64,000 nt of DNA from Lama guanicoe (lineage: Eukaryota). This document shows positions 25,468 through 38,134 of this stretch, one piece after another (positions within the stretch are counted from its first letter, which is position 1; the number at the start of each line of letters is the position of its first letter). The stretch is taken from the NCBI GenBank assembly GCA_013239625.1, contig MU053216.1, positions 2,260,943 to 2,324,942 on the forward strand, written 5' to 3'. The notes beneath the pieces were generated by a model, which was not told the DNA's origin, ran no database searches, and was given only the letters and a program-made list of their open reading frames with translations. A program made the translations under genes and the position numbers.

Positions 25468-25833
25468 TGTTACCAGATTTGCCTGAATGGAAATGATTAG
25501 AAAACTGGACTACATTTTATAAAACTTTAGTAAACAGAAGCCGTAATTAAGTAGAGTTGGGAGACTAGACAAGGGAACACTCACGTCCTGTGACAACAGC
25601 AGAGCCCAGCAGGAAGATGACAGACCCCTCCTGGCGAGGATGAGCCAGTGACAAGGCACAGACTGTTTACACAGCCCTCCCGACTTCCTTTCTCCCTCTA
25701 CAAAAACATTCTCCTTCTCTTGCCACGTGGGAACTTGCACCATGTTTGCAGATCCCAAACTGCAATTCCCCGCTGACCCCAAATAAACCCATCTTCGCTG
25801 GAGAAGTATCTGACAGTCTGTTTCAGGTCAACA
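25468..25833 (+). mobile_element. ERV1-class solo LTR
   Basis: TG...CA termini (TGTTACC / TCAGGTCAACA). AATAAA at about 25782, about 45 nt before the end. No clear target-site duplication, so the 5' end is uncertain. Confidence 0.7.
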
Positions 25834-26499
25834 ATATGAAACAACTGTTTACAGACGTTGAACAACAGGCAACACAAGTCTGTGATTACTAAGAAGGGAG
25901 GAAAAACAAGCCCTAACACGACCCCGGCTTTCTGGCCGGAGGCACTTTCCAGGAAGTACGATCTGAGCAGGGCACGTCTCGTACAGCAGAGAAGTGAGTG
26001 TGTGGGGAGGCCGCCGCGGCTGGCATTTAAAAGGCAGAACACCGGAAAGGAAAGATACCAAAAAAAAATCCAAAAGTCACATAGAGTAGCCCTTGAGTCT
26101 CTGGCCACATACTAAGTAGAGACTTTAAAAAGGTAAACCCAGAAGGGCTCAAGTGTCTGTAAAGACTGCTGCAGAACCTTGCTGACAGAGCTTAAAAACA
26201 AGCCTCAGAAAGTTAGGGTGATCCGTAAGTTACGTGCTGACCAAACAAAAGGAACCATCCACACCTTGAAGAGAGAACAACAGAAGATCGTCAACAGCAT
26301 GACACTCATAATGTCAGCCGTCTAACCCAAGCCTGCCAGACATGTGAAGTGAGCGGGACTCATTTCAGCCAGGAGAAAACTCAGTCACCAGAAACAGACC
26401 CAAATGTGATGAAAGAAACAACTTTCATAAATTTCAAGAACATAAAAGATTAACATAATTAAGAAGAAAAGGGAGAAAGAAGGGAAGCAAAGGGAAGGT

Positions 26500-28110
26500 T
26501 TGAAAATAACCAGTTGTATTTCTTTACACCAACAATGAAATAGCAGGAAAAGAACGTAAAGAAACAACCCCTTTTAAAATTGCATCCAAAACAATAAAAT
26601 ACTTGGAAATAAATCTGACCAAGGAGGTGAAAGACTTATACATGGAGAACTACCAAACACTGATTAACGAAATTAAAGATGAATTAAAGAAACGGAAAGA
26701 CATCCCATGCTGCTGGCTTGGAAGAATCAGTATCATTAAAATGGCCTTTCTGCCCAAGGCAGTCTACAGATTTAATGTGATCCCTATCAAATTGCCTATG
26801 ACATTTTTAACAGAACTAGAACAAATAATCCTAAAATTTATATGGAATCACACACACACAGAAAAACCCCAAAATTGCCAAAGCACTACTGAAGAAAAAG
26901 AACAAAGCTGGAGGAATAACCCTCCCAGACTTCAGACAGTACTACAGAGCTACAGTCATCAAAACAGCACAATATCAGCATAAAAACAAACATATGAATC
27001 AATGGAACAGAACAGAGGGCCCAGAAATCAACCCACAGACTGATGGTCAATTAATCTTTGACAAAGGAGGCAAGAATGTACAGTGGAGAAAAGACAGTCT
27101 CTTCACCAAGTGCCACGGGGAAAGCTGGACAGCCGTATGTAAGTCAGTGACATTAGAACACTCCCTCACTCTGTGCACAAAAATAAACTCAAATGGCTTA
27201 AAGACTTACACGTAACACAAGGCACTATACACTTCTTAGAAGAAAACAGAGGCAAAACATTCTCTGACATAAATCTTAGCAATGTTCTCCTAGGGCAGTC
27301 TACCCAGGCAATAGAAATAAGAGCAAAAATAAACAAATAGGACCTAATTAAACTTATAAGCTTTTGCACAGCAGAGGAAACCATAAGCAAAACAAAACAA
27401 CAACCTATGGAATGGGAGAAAATATTTGCAAATGATGTGACTGATGAGGGCTTAATTTCCAGAATATATAAACAGCTCATACATCTTAATAACAAAAAAC
27501 AAACAACCCAATCCAAAAGTGGGCAGAAGACTTAAACAAGCAATTCTCCAGTGAAGACATACGAATGGCCAATAGGCACATGAAAAAATGCTCAATATTG
27601 CTAATTATCAAAGTATAAATCAAAACTATAATGAAGTACACATCACACCAGTCATAATGGCCATCATTGAATAGTCCACAAATGATCAATGCTGGGGCGG
27701 GTGTGGAGAAAAGGGAACCCTTCTACGCTGCTGGTGGGAATGCAGTTTGGTGCAGCCACTGTGGAAAACAGTATGGAGATTCCTCAAAAGACTAAAAGTA
27801 GACTTACCATATGATCCAGCATTCCCACTCCTGGGCATATATCCAGAGGGGACCTTAATTCAGAAAGACACCTGCACCCCACTGTTCATTGCAGCACTAT
27901 TTACAATAGCCAAGACATGGAAACAACCTAAATGTCCATCAACAGATGACTGGATAAAGAAGTTGTGGTATATTTATACAATGGAATACTACTCAGCCAT
28001 GAAAATGATAAAATAATGCTATTTGCAGCAACATGGATGGCCGTGGAGAATGTCATTCTAAATGAAGCAAGCCAGAAACAGAAAGACAAATACCATATGA
28101 TATCACTTAG
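26500..28110 (+). mobile_element. Relatively young LINE-1 ORF2 3' portion, lacking 3'UTR and poly(A)
   Basis: ORFs 26603 ([18 protein letters not shown]...[15 protein letters not shown]), 26994 ([12 protein letters not shown]...LIFDKG) and 27747 ([13 protein letters not shown]...[16 protein letters not shown]). Confidence 0.96.
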
Positions 28111-30920
28111 TTGCTTATTTTAATAACATGATTCTATTAAAGAAAAAGAAGAAAACATGAGTATAGTCTGAACGTGGCATAAAGGTGAGGCCCTTAGAGT
28201 AATTCACGGCACATTTCCTTGAATCAGTCATTCTGCCTTAAAACTCCATGTGGAGGACACCGACGTTCCAGTTTACATCTCTTTTCCAGGACGACCACTC
28301 GTCTCATTTTATGCTGCACACTCGATGAAGTCATGGCCTGTTTCACCCCCAGCAGATCTCCTGACACCCCAGTCTGTGGCACCAGCGTAAATATTGAACT
28401 GTCACTTTTCTCCAAGAACAAGAGGCAGTTAACTATTATTTTACTATAGGTGTAGCAGGAGTTCCTGTTAATGTAATATACTCACCCCCAAAAAACTCAT
28501 GTTCTAAAACAAGCTCACACTAAAAATAATATTGTTTAAGGGAAACACAGCGTTGAGGAAGATCAGTCAGTCAAAGCCTCTGAAACGTTTTACTCAGAGC
28601 ATGAACATAAACAGTAGCAATCCTAAACACGCTCAAGCTTGGTTAAAGAAGAAAACATGTTAAAACCCTAAAAAGTATCATAAATAGAGGACTTTACTTT
28701 TGGGGAGAAAAGCAAAGGTAAAAGGACTGGAGGGAACAACCCAGCTGCAAAGTCAGAGACGAGGGCAAAATGCACTCCAGGCAGAGCATGTGGCCTGGCT
28801 GAACCACGAGGGAGGGGGCTGGGGTGCGCCCGGACCACGTCCGTGCAGGTGCGGAGCTCGGCACGGCGGACGCTTGGTAGGACAGAGCATCCGTGTGCCG
28901 GGGAATCACACGGTCCAGGGAGCCCTCTACGCCCTAATGACAGCGTCGCTTACTTAAGCGCCCTATTAGCCAGTCCGCGCTGCAGAAACACGCACTGTGG
29001 CAAAGCAGACTGTAACTAAAAAGCCCCCTCAGGTGAATTTTCCAAAGCGATAGGGGCAAAGCTGCCAGCGACTTGCCAGAGGATTAAACTTAAGAAAGAA
29101 CAATCAAGACAACAAAAATAAGAACAAACAAAACTACATCTCTTTTCATCGTGCATGTTGCTGGTCAGTCAATTGTAACTCATTCAAAAAGGATAACCCT
29201 CAATAGCTGGCAATAGTTTATGGGGCAGGAAGAACCACTAATCCTCACCAAAATAAGATACACGGTGAAAATATTACATTTTCTTATAAAGCTAAATTAA
29301 TGTTATTTAAAGAACTATCCATTATATGTAGAATGACCCGACACAATTTCCTGGAATCTTTCACGTTACTATTTGTTGTCGCATTTTAAAGTATCCTGGT
29401 TTTAATAAATTATATGGTAATCTTACAACATTTTTAAACTTCTTCAGCACGATGGTCTGTTGTTTCTCTTTAAAATAGTTCATAGAAACAGCGTGTGCAG
29501 ATGCATGAGTTTTCTCTAATCTACACCCCGCAGGGGACCTGCAGACGTTGTTAGCGAGCGAATGAAGTGCCCTGACCCAGACTCTGCTCCGCAAGGTGCT
29601 TGGTTTGCACCTGGCAGTCAAGAGTCCATCCACAGAGCGGTCTGGGGCAACTGCTTTACATCTGAGTGACTGAACTAGAGGGCCTGTTAATTAGATGAAG
29701 GATACTGGAAGTAACTGGTGACCTGGGCAGTATTCAAGGCGTGTCACTGGCTGGGAAGCCTGTGTAGGGATTTACATCTTTGCATGAATGAAATTTGAGA
29801 ATAGCAAGTTGAACAAGCTAGTGCCTTTAGAGAAAGCTGGTTCCGGGTCCTTCCCTCTAGGAGAGGACGGACAAGGTCCACTGGTCCTGCCAAAAGCCTC
29901 CTGTCGCTTCCACCTTGCGTGACCTTCCTTGCTAAGTGCTCATCAGAACGTGTGAAGGGCCGGAGGGCGAAGGGCTTCTCCACTCCTGCAGCTGGACTTG
30001 CCCTCTTGTCGGTGCCTGTTTGCTAATACACCTTTGCATTCATAGCCAATTTGTCTTTAGACTTTTGATCCGTAAGTCACAGCAGGTGGTGAGGGTCTGG
30101 GGAAGGAGGCACACAGCCCCCACTTCCTTCCAGTTGTCACAGGCAGCCGACATTTACCAGAAGAACCGACAGCTGTGAGCGGTCAGGCTGGCTTAGGGTT
30201 TTTTTTAAAATGAAAATTGACAAAAGTGGATGACAGAACTTTTTTTGTTTTGTTTTGATTTTTGCTGGTTTTATTTTGATTATTTCATTCTACAGTTCAA
30301 GAAAAGTGGTCAAAATTTTGTCTGATTCACTTGTATTTAATTTTTAAATTTATTCATAAATGGATAGATTTTTATCCTTTTAGAATAGAAACCATGGATC
30401 TAAAATCCATAAAACCCAAGAAGAAGGGAATGTAGTAAAGTATCAGTGAGATTTGGTTTAAGGGAAAGAATGTGGATGAAGGTCAAGCTGATTTTTCCTG
30501 AATTAAGTACTAGTCACATCTTACAGACTGTGCACTCATGTCCCTGGATGAGATGGTAAATTGAGGAAGAGAAGTTGGGTTGGGAAGGAACAAGACATCA
30601 TTCGTTAAAATTTTTGTACGTAACTTAGGGTTGTTCAGCTGAGAAGTGTGGGAAGTCCTGGAGCAGAAGCGTGTGTCAAGACTGTTTTATTTATTAAGCA
30701 ATTACTGCTCAGACTTTGCCAGGTGTTGAAGTAAGTTACTGGGTGTACATTGGTGAAAAAATAGATGTAGTCCCCACCTTCGCAGAGGTTACAATTTGAA
30801 GTTAACTGTCTAGGATAAACACTTGCTAATGACTATTTCAAGCGTGTGTCAAATGTCACAGGAAAGTCAAAGTAAAAGTTAAGAAGGAAAATGCACCAGA
30901 TATGGCAATAATGAAGTCAT

Positions 30921-31165
30921 AGGTTGGGGGGAAGGATAAATTAAGAATTTGGCATTAACAGATACACACCACTCTCTATAAAATAAACAACAAGGACCTA
31001 CTGTACAGCACAGGGAACTATGTTCAAGAGTTTCTAATAACCTATAATGGAAAGGGATCTGAAAAAGCATACACACACACACACACACACAACTGAATCA
31101 CTTTGCTGTACATCTTAAACATTGTAAATCAACTGTTCTTCCATAAAAAATAAACACGTTAAAAA
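30921..31165 (+). mobile_element. Short LINE-1 3' tip with (CA)n and a probable target-site duplication
   Basis: AAGGACCTACTGTACAGCACAGGGAACTATG...GTAAATCAACTG. Flanks AATGAAGTCAT (about 30910) and AATAAAGTCAC (about 31164). Confidence 0.9.
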
Positions 31166-33421
31166 TAAAGTCACGAGTGACGGCCGAGAAAGTAGTCCCA
31201 GCAGAATGACGGGAGTAGAAGCAAGATCACAGAGGGTCAAGGACGGAACAGAAACGAGCGCCTGGCAGAGGGCACCGTTCTGTCCTCACAGACGAGGGTC
31301 CTTATCACCAGGGGAATGTGGACTCCCTGGTCCCTTCGGTCCACAAAGAATCACAAGAGGAAGAATAAAAGTCGATTGTAACTAAACCCAGGGAGGCCTC
31401 AAACGGGCCTGAGGAGCAGTTAGCAAACAATAGCGTTTTCAAATGCCCGTAACACAGATCTCTGAGGTGCAGGAACTCTGGCCTTGAGGTTTTCACAAAA
31501 AGAATAGAGAACTGTCCTAAAACATTCTAAAAAAAGGTCCTCTGAGACCCTGGAGCCCATAATCCTCAAAGTGTTTTCCAGTCTGTCTGGCCTGCATATA
31601 GGGAAGGAGGGGGCCTGGCCTTGAGCCTGGAGGCGGAGGAGGGTGGGGGCCCGGGGGAGAGGCGGGTGCGGACGTGCCGAGGACCCGGCCGGCTGAGCGG
31701 GGGTGCAGGTGGGCTGTTCACACCGCCTCCTAGCGAGCACAGCTTTCCTTTGGCTATTTTCTAAGGTCACGCAAATCTTCGCCAATTTTTTCTGTAATAT
31801 TGCTGAAGACAGACAACCTGCTCCTGATGTGTAATTTTCTAAACCCATCTATTTGTTTTCTGAGGACCGCACGACGCTGGTCCTTTCCAAGTCTCCCAGC
31901 AGCTCCACCACCTTCCACATTTCCTCGGAAACAAGCAGCGGCTTTGCAGTTCCAGCTGCAGGCTTTTCCAGCGCCCTGGTGGGTCGGCTGTGTGGGCCCA
32001 GAGCCTTGAATTCCTTGAAAACTATGTCTTCATCGTCTTGCCTATTTTAAGATTTAATTCCACCCTCTTAATGATGTTCACGTCTTTAAAAAGACTGCAA
32101 GTTCAGACTAACTCAGTTTGGCCTTTGCCCCTTTTCATTTAGCTCAAGTCAGGGACATTGTTGTGTTTCATTTTAGAGTCTGTTTTCATTTGGCCCCACA
32201 GATCATCAGCTCGGATTCTGAATGGTCTTGTTAGGGGAGGGTTTACTCTAAATGACTTTCTTTGTAAAGTGCAGCTTCATGTCACTTAATCATTATTTTA
32301 ACTAAGAGACTAGCAATGAGTGTTTTCATGGCCACTGGTGACCCAGTAAATGAGCCCACCTCCGGCCCTTTCTGGGTGGGAGGGCGCCACACCGACAGCA
32401 TCATCCCTGTTTTCTGTAATTAAGAGAAGAAAGGCGTCTTATTATAAGAAAACACAAGACAGCTTTGAAACACTTCACTTCTGATGCTTCTAGAAATTCA
32501 ATCCACTGAGATGCTTTTCTGCAAATTGAAAACAAATAAAATTGCTCCCAGACCAAGGCTTTGGCATGTCAAGTTTCAACCTACAGTAGATTTTTTATGG
32601 CAAACTTACAAATCACCGGAAGTAAGAGTGCATGTGGAACTCCTGACACAGCCTCTTTCCTGGGGCTGCCCCCTCCCGGCACGAGGACTGTACCCAAGGC
32701 CTGGAGACGACGGCCCAAGCTTCTGCGTCTCAGAGGAAGCAGGATGAAAAGCAGAGAAGGAAACGTGCCGTCTGTCAGCCAGCACGTTCTCAGTTCGTTT
32801 GTTAGTAAATCTGTTAGTGAGTACAGCACCCAAAAACTCAATTCTCAGTATGTAAGGGACCCCTCAGGGGATCCCGAAGTCAGTTTTGGGTTCAAAATAG
32901 GACTTCTTAGGTAATTATGATTTTTGAAGCTATAAGATTAAAAAGTATAACTAAAGAAGCCCATCTTTGCCTGCTGTTTTAAGAAACAGAATGGAAGTTC
33001 AGAAACTGGATGACTGTCTCAGCTATAGCGTGGCTAAGCTTCCCTTGCCTCGTCTCCTACTCCTGGGGTGGCAGGCGAGCTAGCTCCAGAAAGAGCAAGC
33101 AGAAGCTGACATCGTCAGGACGGGGTACAAGCCTTTATCTGGACACTGTTGTTTATTTTACTAGTACCAAGAGGACATAAGATTGGAAATTTCACCTTCT
33201 ATGAACCAGAGAAGAGCGTTGAACTACAGCGAGCATAGAACTTTTAAATTAAAAAGTCAAAGGTCTGTATATGATCGTTTGATTGTAACTTACAAAAATA
33301 GGACTTAATTATGAAGAAATGCTTCATTCTTTATAAGATACGCATCTCTATTCATGAAGCAAAACTCCACGGCAGGCTTCTACTGAACAGTTCTCATCAG
33401 TGTCATTTTGAGCATCAGGCA

Positions 33422-36240
33422 TCACGTTAGTTTTCTGTGGCTGCCGTTAACAAAGCACTACGAAGTTAATGGCTTAAAAACCACACTTACTGCCCGGCAG
33501 TGTGCCCAGAGACACGGCAGCCAGGCCTCACAGCCAGTCACACTGGGGACCAGCCCGCCCACCAGGGCACCTGCTGCAGCCACGGCAGCACAACAGGAGG
33601 GTGCGTGCAGCCCACTCAGGGGACCCCCCGAGCACCTGACTGGGTGACCACGTGGACTGTGCTTCTGAGCCCCTCAGAAAACCTTCTACGTAAGCTGCCA
33701 CTCCTCTAAGACCGAGAGATACAGCTAATTTACTGAATACATAGAAACAAGCACAGAGAGTTAGGCAAAAGGAGGTGACAAAGGAGTATGTTCCAAACAA
33801 AAGAACCGGACACAATCCCAGAGGGAAAAGAACTAGACAAAATGGAGGTAAATAACCTTCCTAGTAAAGGGTCAAAATAACGATCATAAATATGCTCACT
33901 GAGCTCAAGAGGAGAATGGATAACCATGGTAAGGACTTCAAGAGATGAAAAAAGTGTAAAAAAAGAACCAGTTAGAGTTAAAGGATGCAATTACTGACGT
34001 GAAAAACACACTAGATGGAATCACCAGCAGAAGGATGGACGGGTGACCTGGAAGAAAGGGCGGTGGAGGTCACCAAAGTGAACCGCAGAAAGAAAAGAAA
34101 GGAGGAGGAAAAGGCCAGTTGAAGGCACCTCTGGAATAACACCAAGTACACTAGCATCCTCAGTACAGGCCTCCTAGGAGGGAGGGCAAGGGCAAGAAAC
34201 TCAGTATAAGAAATAGCGGCTGGAACCTTCCCTAACCTGGTGAAGGAGACAGACGTCCAAGCCGGGAGGCACGGAGAGCCCCAGTGAGGTTAGTCTAGAG
34301 AGACCCACGGTAAGACACATTATAATTAAAATTTCAAAGGGAAACACGGAGTCTTAATAGCAGCAAGAGAAAAACAACGTGTTAAGTACAAGGTAACCCC
34401 CCCCCAAATAAGACCATCGGCTGACTTTTCAGCAGAAACTTTATAGACCAGAAGGGCGTGGTACAATACACTCATAGCGCTGAAAGCGGGGAGAACCTCA
34501 CAGCCAAGAGGAGTCCGCCCAGAAGGGCTATCCACAGAGTTGAAGGGGGTCTGAGGCGTTTTCCAGACCAGCCTGACCCAAAGCATGTCGGTGCCACTGA
34601 GGCAGCCACACAGGAAGTGCTACCGGGTCTCCCTCAAGCAGAAAAGCAGCAGCCATCATCAGAAGTAAGACAAAAGCAGTAAAGCCAGCTGAGACACCGT
34701 CATGAGCTAAGGGACACACAGAATTAGCGGTGTGAGCGTAACATCAGAACCATGGAACGCAGGGAGGGAGGAGTGAAAATGCTGTTTTTAGAATGTGTTG
34801 AAACCTAACTGATCATCAAGTTAAAACAAACTAGTCTATATGTAGGTTCTTGCATGAACCTCAGAGCAACCGTAACCAAAACCCGGTAACAGTTCATACA
34901 AAATAAAGAGAAAGGAATTCAAACATAATATTAGAGAAAGCCATTAAATCACAAATCACAAATCACTAATCAGGAAAATGCAAGTCAAAACCAAAAAGAG
35001 GTATCACCTCCCACTTGCCAGAGTGGCTGTTATCAAAAGGATAGCAAGTGACAAGTGTGAGTGAGGACGCAGAGAAGGCGCCCTGGTGTGCTGTCGGTGG
35101 GGGGCACCTTGGTGCAGGCACTGTGGAAGCAGCATGTAGGTCCCCCCCAAATACACACAGAACTACCATACAATCCAGCAGCTCCACTCCTGCGTGTTCT
35201 CCCAAAGGAGAAAACAGAAACATTAACCTGCAGAGAGGTAGGTGCTCCAGTGTTCACTGCAGCGTAATTTACAACAGCCAAGATACGGAAGCAGCGCCCA
35301 CCGACAGGGGAAGGGACAGAGAAGGTGTGATACGCGCACACGCATACACAGTGGGATAGTAGCCATAAAATCGGCCATAAAAAACGATGAAATCTTGCCT
35401 TTTGCAACAACATGGACGGACATAGAGGATATTATGCTAGATGAAATAAGTCAGAGAAAGACAAATACCATACAATTTCATGTACAACTAACGTGCAATT
35501 TGAAAAAACAAATGGGAACAGATTCATAGATACAGAGAACAAACTGGTGGTTGTCAGAGAGGAGGGGGTGGGTCTGGGCAAAACAGATGAAGAGGGTTAA
35601 AGGCACAAACTTCCAGTTATAAAATAAATCAATCATGGGACTGTGATACACAGAAGTAGGGAAGACAGTCAGTAATTCAGTAATAACCTTAAATGGTGAC
35701 AGATGGGCTCCAGACTCATCATGGTGACCATGTCGTATAAACGTGGAGATTATAGGTTGTACACCTGAAACTAACGTAACTTTTTCTGTCAGTTATACTT
35801 CAATTAAAAACACACACATTTATTATCGTGCAATCCTGGTCAGAAGACGGACACAGGTCTCGTGAGGCTAATGTTAAGGGGTCCGCAGGGTTGCATTTCA
35901 TTCTGGAGACCTAAGGGGGAATTCGTTGACTTGTCCCTTTCCAGCTTCTAGCGGGTGTCCTCGACCCCCCTTCTTCATCTTTAAAGCCAGCAACAGTAGG
36001 GTGAGTCCTCACATCTCATCACTCTGACCTCGTTATCTGCCTCTTTTCCACATTTAAGGACCCCTGTGGCTGCACCGGGCGCTGGTGGATAATCCAGTAT
36101 AATCCACCTGTGTCAGACTCAGCGGATCAGCAACCTTAATCCACCTGCTACCTCAGCTCCCCTTTGCCATGGAACACACCCCAGTTACAACTTCCGGGGA
36201 GCAAGGACATGGCCATCTTTAGAGGGCCGTGATTCTGTTA
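33422..36240 (-). mobile_element. MaLR LTR (MLT1D/E-like) split in two (33422-33486 and 35811-36240) by an L1 insertion
   Basis: TTAGTTTTCTGTGGCTGCCGTTAACAAA...GGCTTAAAA continues after the L1 as CACATTTATTATC...TTTCCAGCTTCTAG...GGATAATCCAGTATAATC...CCCTTTGCCATG. Confidence 0.85.
33487..35810 (+). mobile_element. LINE-1 (partial 5'UTR, degenerate ORF1, inter-ORF, large ORF2 deletion, ORF2 C-terminus, 3'UTR)
   Basis: ORF1 motifs CCAAACAAAAGAACCGGACACAATCCCAG and CCATCGGCTGACTTTTCAGCAGAAACTTTATAGACCAGAAGG (ADFSAETL). ORF 35242 ILPFATTWTDIEDIMLDEISQ. Target-site duplication AAAAACCACAC (33476) / AAAAACACAC (35806). Confidence 0.92.
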
Positions 36241-38134
36241 AGCATATATATACAGGTTTTAAATTCACATAAACCAGACAAAAAACAAATCCATGAGAAA
36301 GTTAGTGACTCAAACTGCCTTTCGTCTTACAAAGTTTTGCTTTTGTTAGAGATTCCTCGTAAGAGACAGTTGTCAGCACCTTCCCCCTGAAGATCTTCTG
36401 GTAGAATTTCCAGGTATAATTGAAACTCGCTAAGCAGACACTGCTGTGAAGGTGTCTGTAATACTGATACCAGTGTTCTAGTCATGGATGTGAAGGAGAA
36501 GACACGGATCTGTGTTGATAGACTTTCTCTGCAGGGTGTTTCCTGCTTTCACAGGCTGGCAAGCAGACCTGGATTCCATCCGTTTGCTTCTAAGATGTTA
36601 AATGTCTGTAATTCAACAGACTAAATGTATGAATAAAACTAAAATATTAAAATGCAAAATGGCAACAAAATACAATAGAGTCGATAATGGGTAACCACTG
36701 GGTTGCTATGTATGTATTAGAAGCTTGGCTTTTACACTTTAAGAAGCATTACAAAGCCAAATGGATCCTAAACTTCTCACTTTACAAATGGACTTTAGTT
36801 TTGTCATACTCAGTGTCCCTTAAGGATCCCAAGAGCTTAGAATGGCAGCCAGTGCCCCAGGTTCTCACAGTGCTGCCTGAACTCTCCGTGTCACCACTGA
36901 ACAGCCTGCTGGCTCCCAGGGGCGCTCTCGACACGCTCCCAAGGGTTGCCCCCCTCAAACGCCCTCCCTTTTCTCTCCCTGTGGGGCACAGCTTCCTTGA
37001 AATCAAGTTATGTTCTGGCTCCGCTGTCCTGAATCAGAGTCACATACAGAATTCAAAAGCAGAGAAGCAAATGACCTACTTGAACACCCATCCTCAGCCT
37101 CACTTTACTACTACATGTCATCATTTGCTGTTCTGGCTCTCTGGTTGGTTGCTGTTGGGAACTTGGGTGTTGCTCTAGCAGGACACAGGGTGAATTCCTC
37201 AGCATGTGTATTATATATCACAACGCTCCCTTTAAGTCAGGCATCCATTTACGGACTTCTGTTTGACCTAAAATAAGGCCTTTGAGCCCTCTGTTACTCA
37301 GTTTGGCTGCAAACAGGTGTGTCACTGACGCATTGCTCCATGTCTGCACTGGACAGAATGGTGCCTATGATTTTGGCCATATTGTCCTTATTTTCCGTAT
37401 CAGTAAATATATATTTTGGTAGCATTACTTTAAGAGGGGGAAATACTGAACTAAGCATGGCTTAAATGTTGCAAAGATCAGGAAAATCACGTGAAAGCAA
37501 ATAAATGTCTCTTGGTTAAAGGAGATGGAGCCTCATTGTTGAAAAATAGGAGAACTTCCTCTTTTAGACAAAATTAAAAATAGGAAAGAGAACTCACTAA
37601 GGAGATGGATAGAGAGTGCCAGCAGGGCACCCGGTGTCACACTGTCTCCTGTTTTAGACTTCAATTCCTATCTTTATCCTGAATATATTTACTTCAGAGA
37701 ACGACAGAGTAAAAAATAGCTGTCATCAGTTCAGGTGTGAAGACTGGACAAGTGAGTGAACCGATCCGCCACTGATTCCTCGCCTCTGAAGTTCCTGCTT
37801 GTACCAGGTACCGCGTGTGCGGGAAAGCCAGCTGCAGCCCACGGGACTGAGGGAGCGGGCTGGGGACTTGACCGCGGCTCCTTGCTCAGCAGGCGGGCTG
37901 ACGCTGGGGCCGGGGCTCGCTCAGGGTGATGCTGTGCATTATCAGGAAGTGGAGACCCCAGAACAGCGCTTCTCAAAGGCTATGTCACAAGAACGAGCCG
38001 TCATAATGGCTTCATGTTAAGAGTTCTGTGGTCAGACTGTTGAGGAACGATGACACAGCACGCCCCTCTCACGGCATTTACCTCTAACTCACCTGCACAG
38101 CGACGGTCTCATCTTGGATGGAAAGGTAGCAGGT

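Noticed and set aside
26603..28016. Functional reverse transcriptase / ORF2 gene
   Set aside because: Split by frameshifts and stops, and lacks the endonuclease and RT core. The same applies to all L1 ORF pieces here.
32010..32040. DDEDIVFKEF resembles the beta-arrestin C-tail motif DDDIVFEDFAR
   Set aside because: The similarity is limited to a few residues. The downstream sequence does not match and no other arrestin exons are visible.
36687..37178. 163-aa ATG-initiated ORF
   Set aside because: No recognisable domain, patchy composition and no supporting gene structure. Not excluded, but unsupported.
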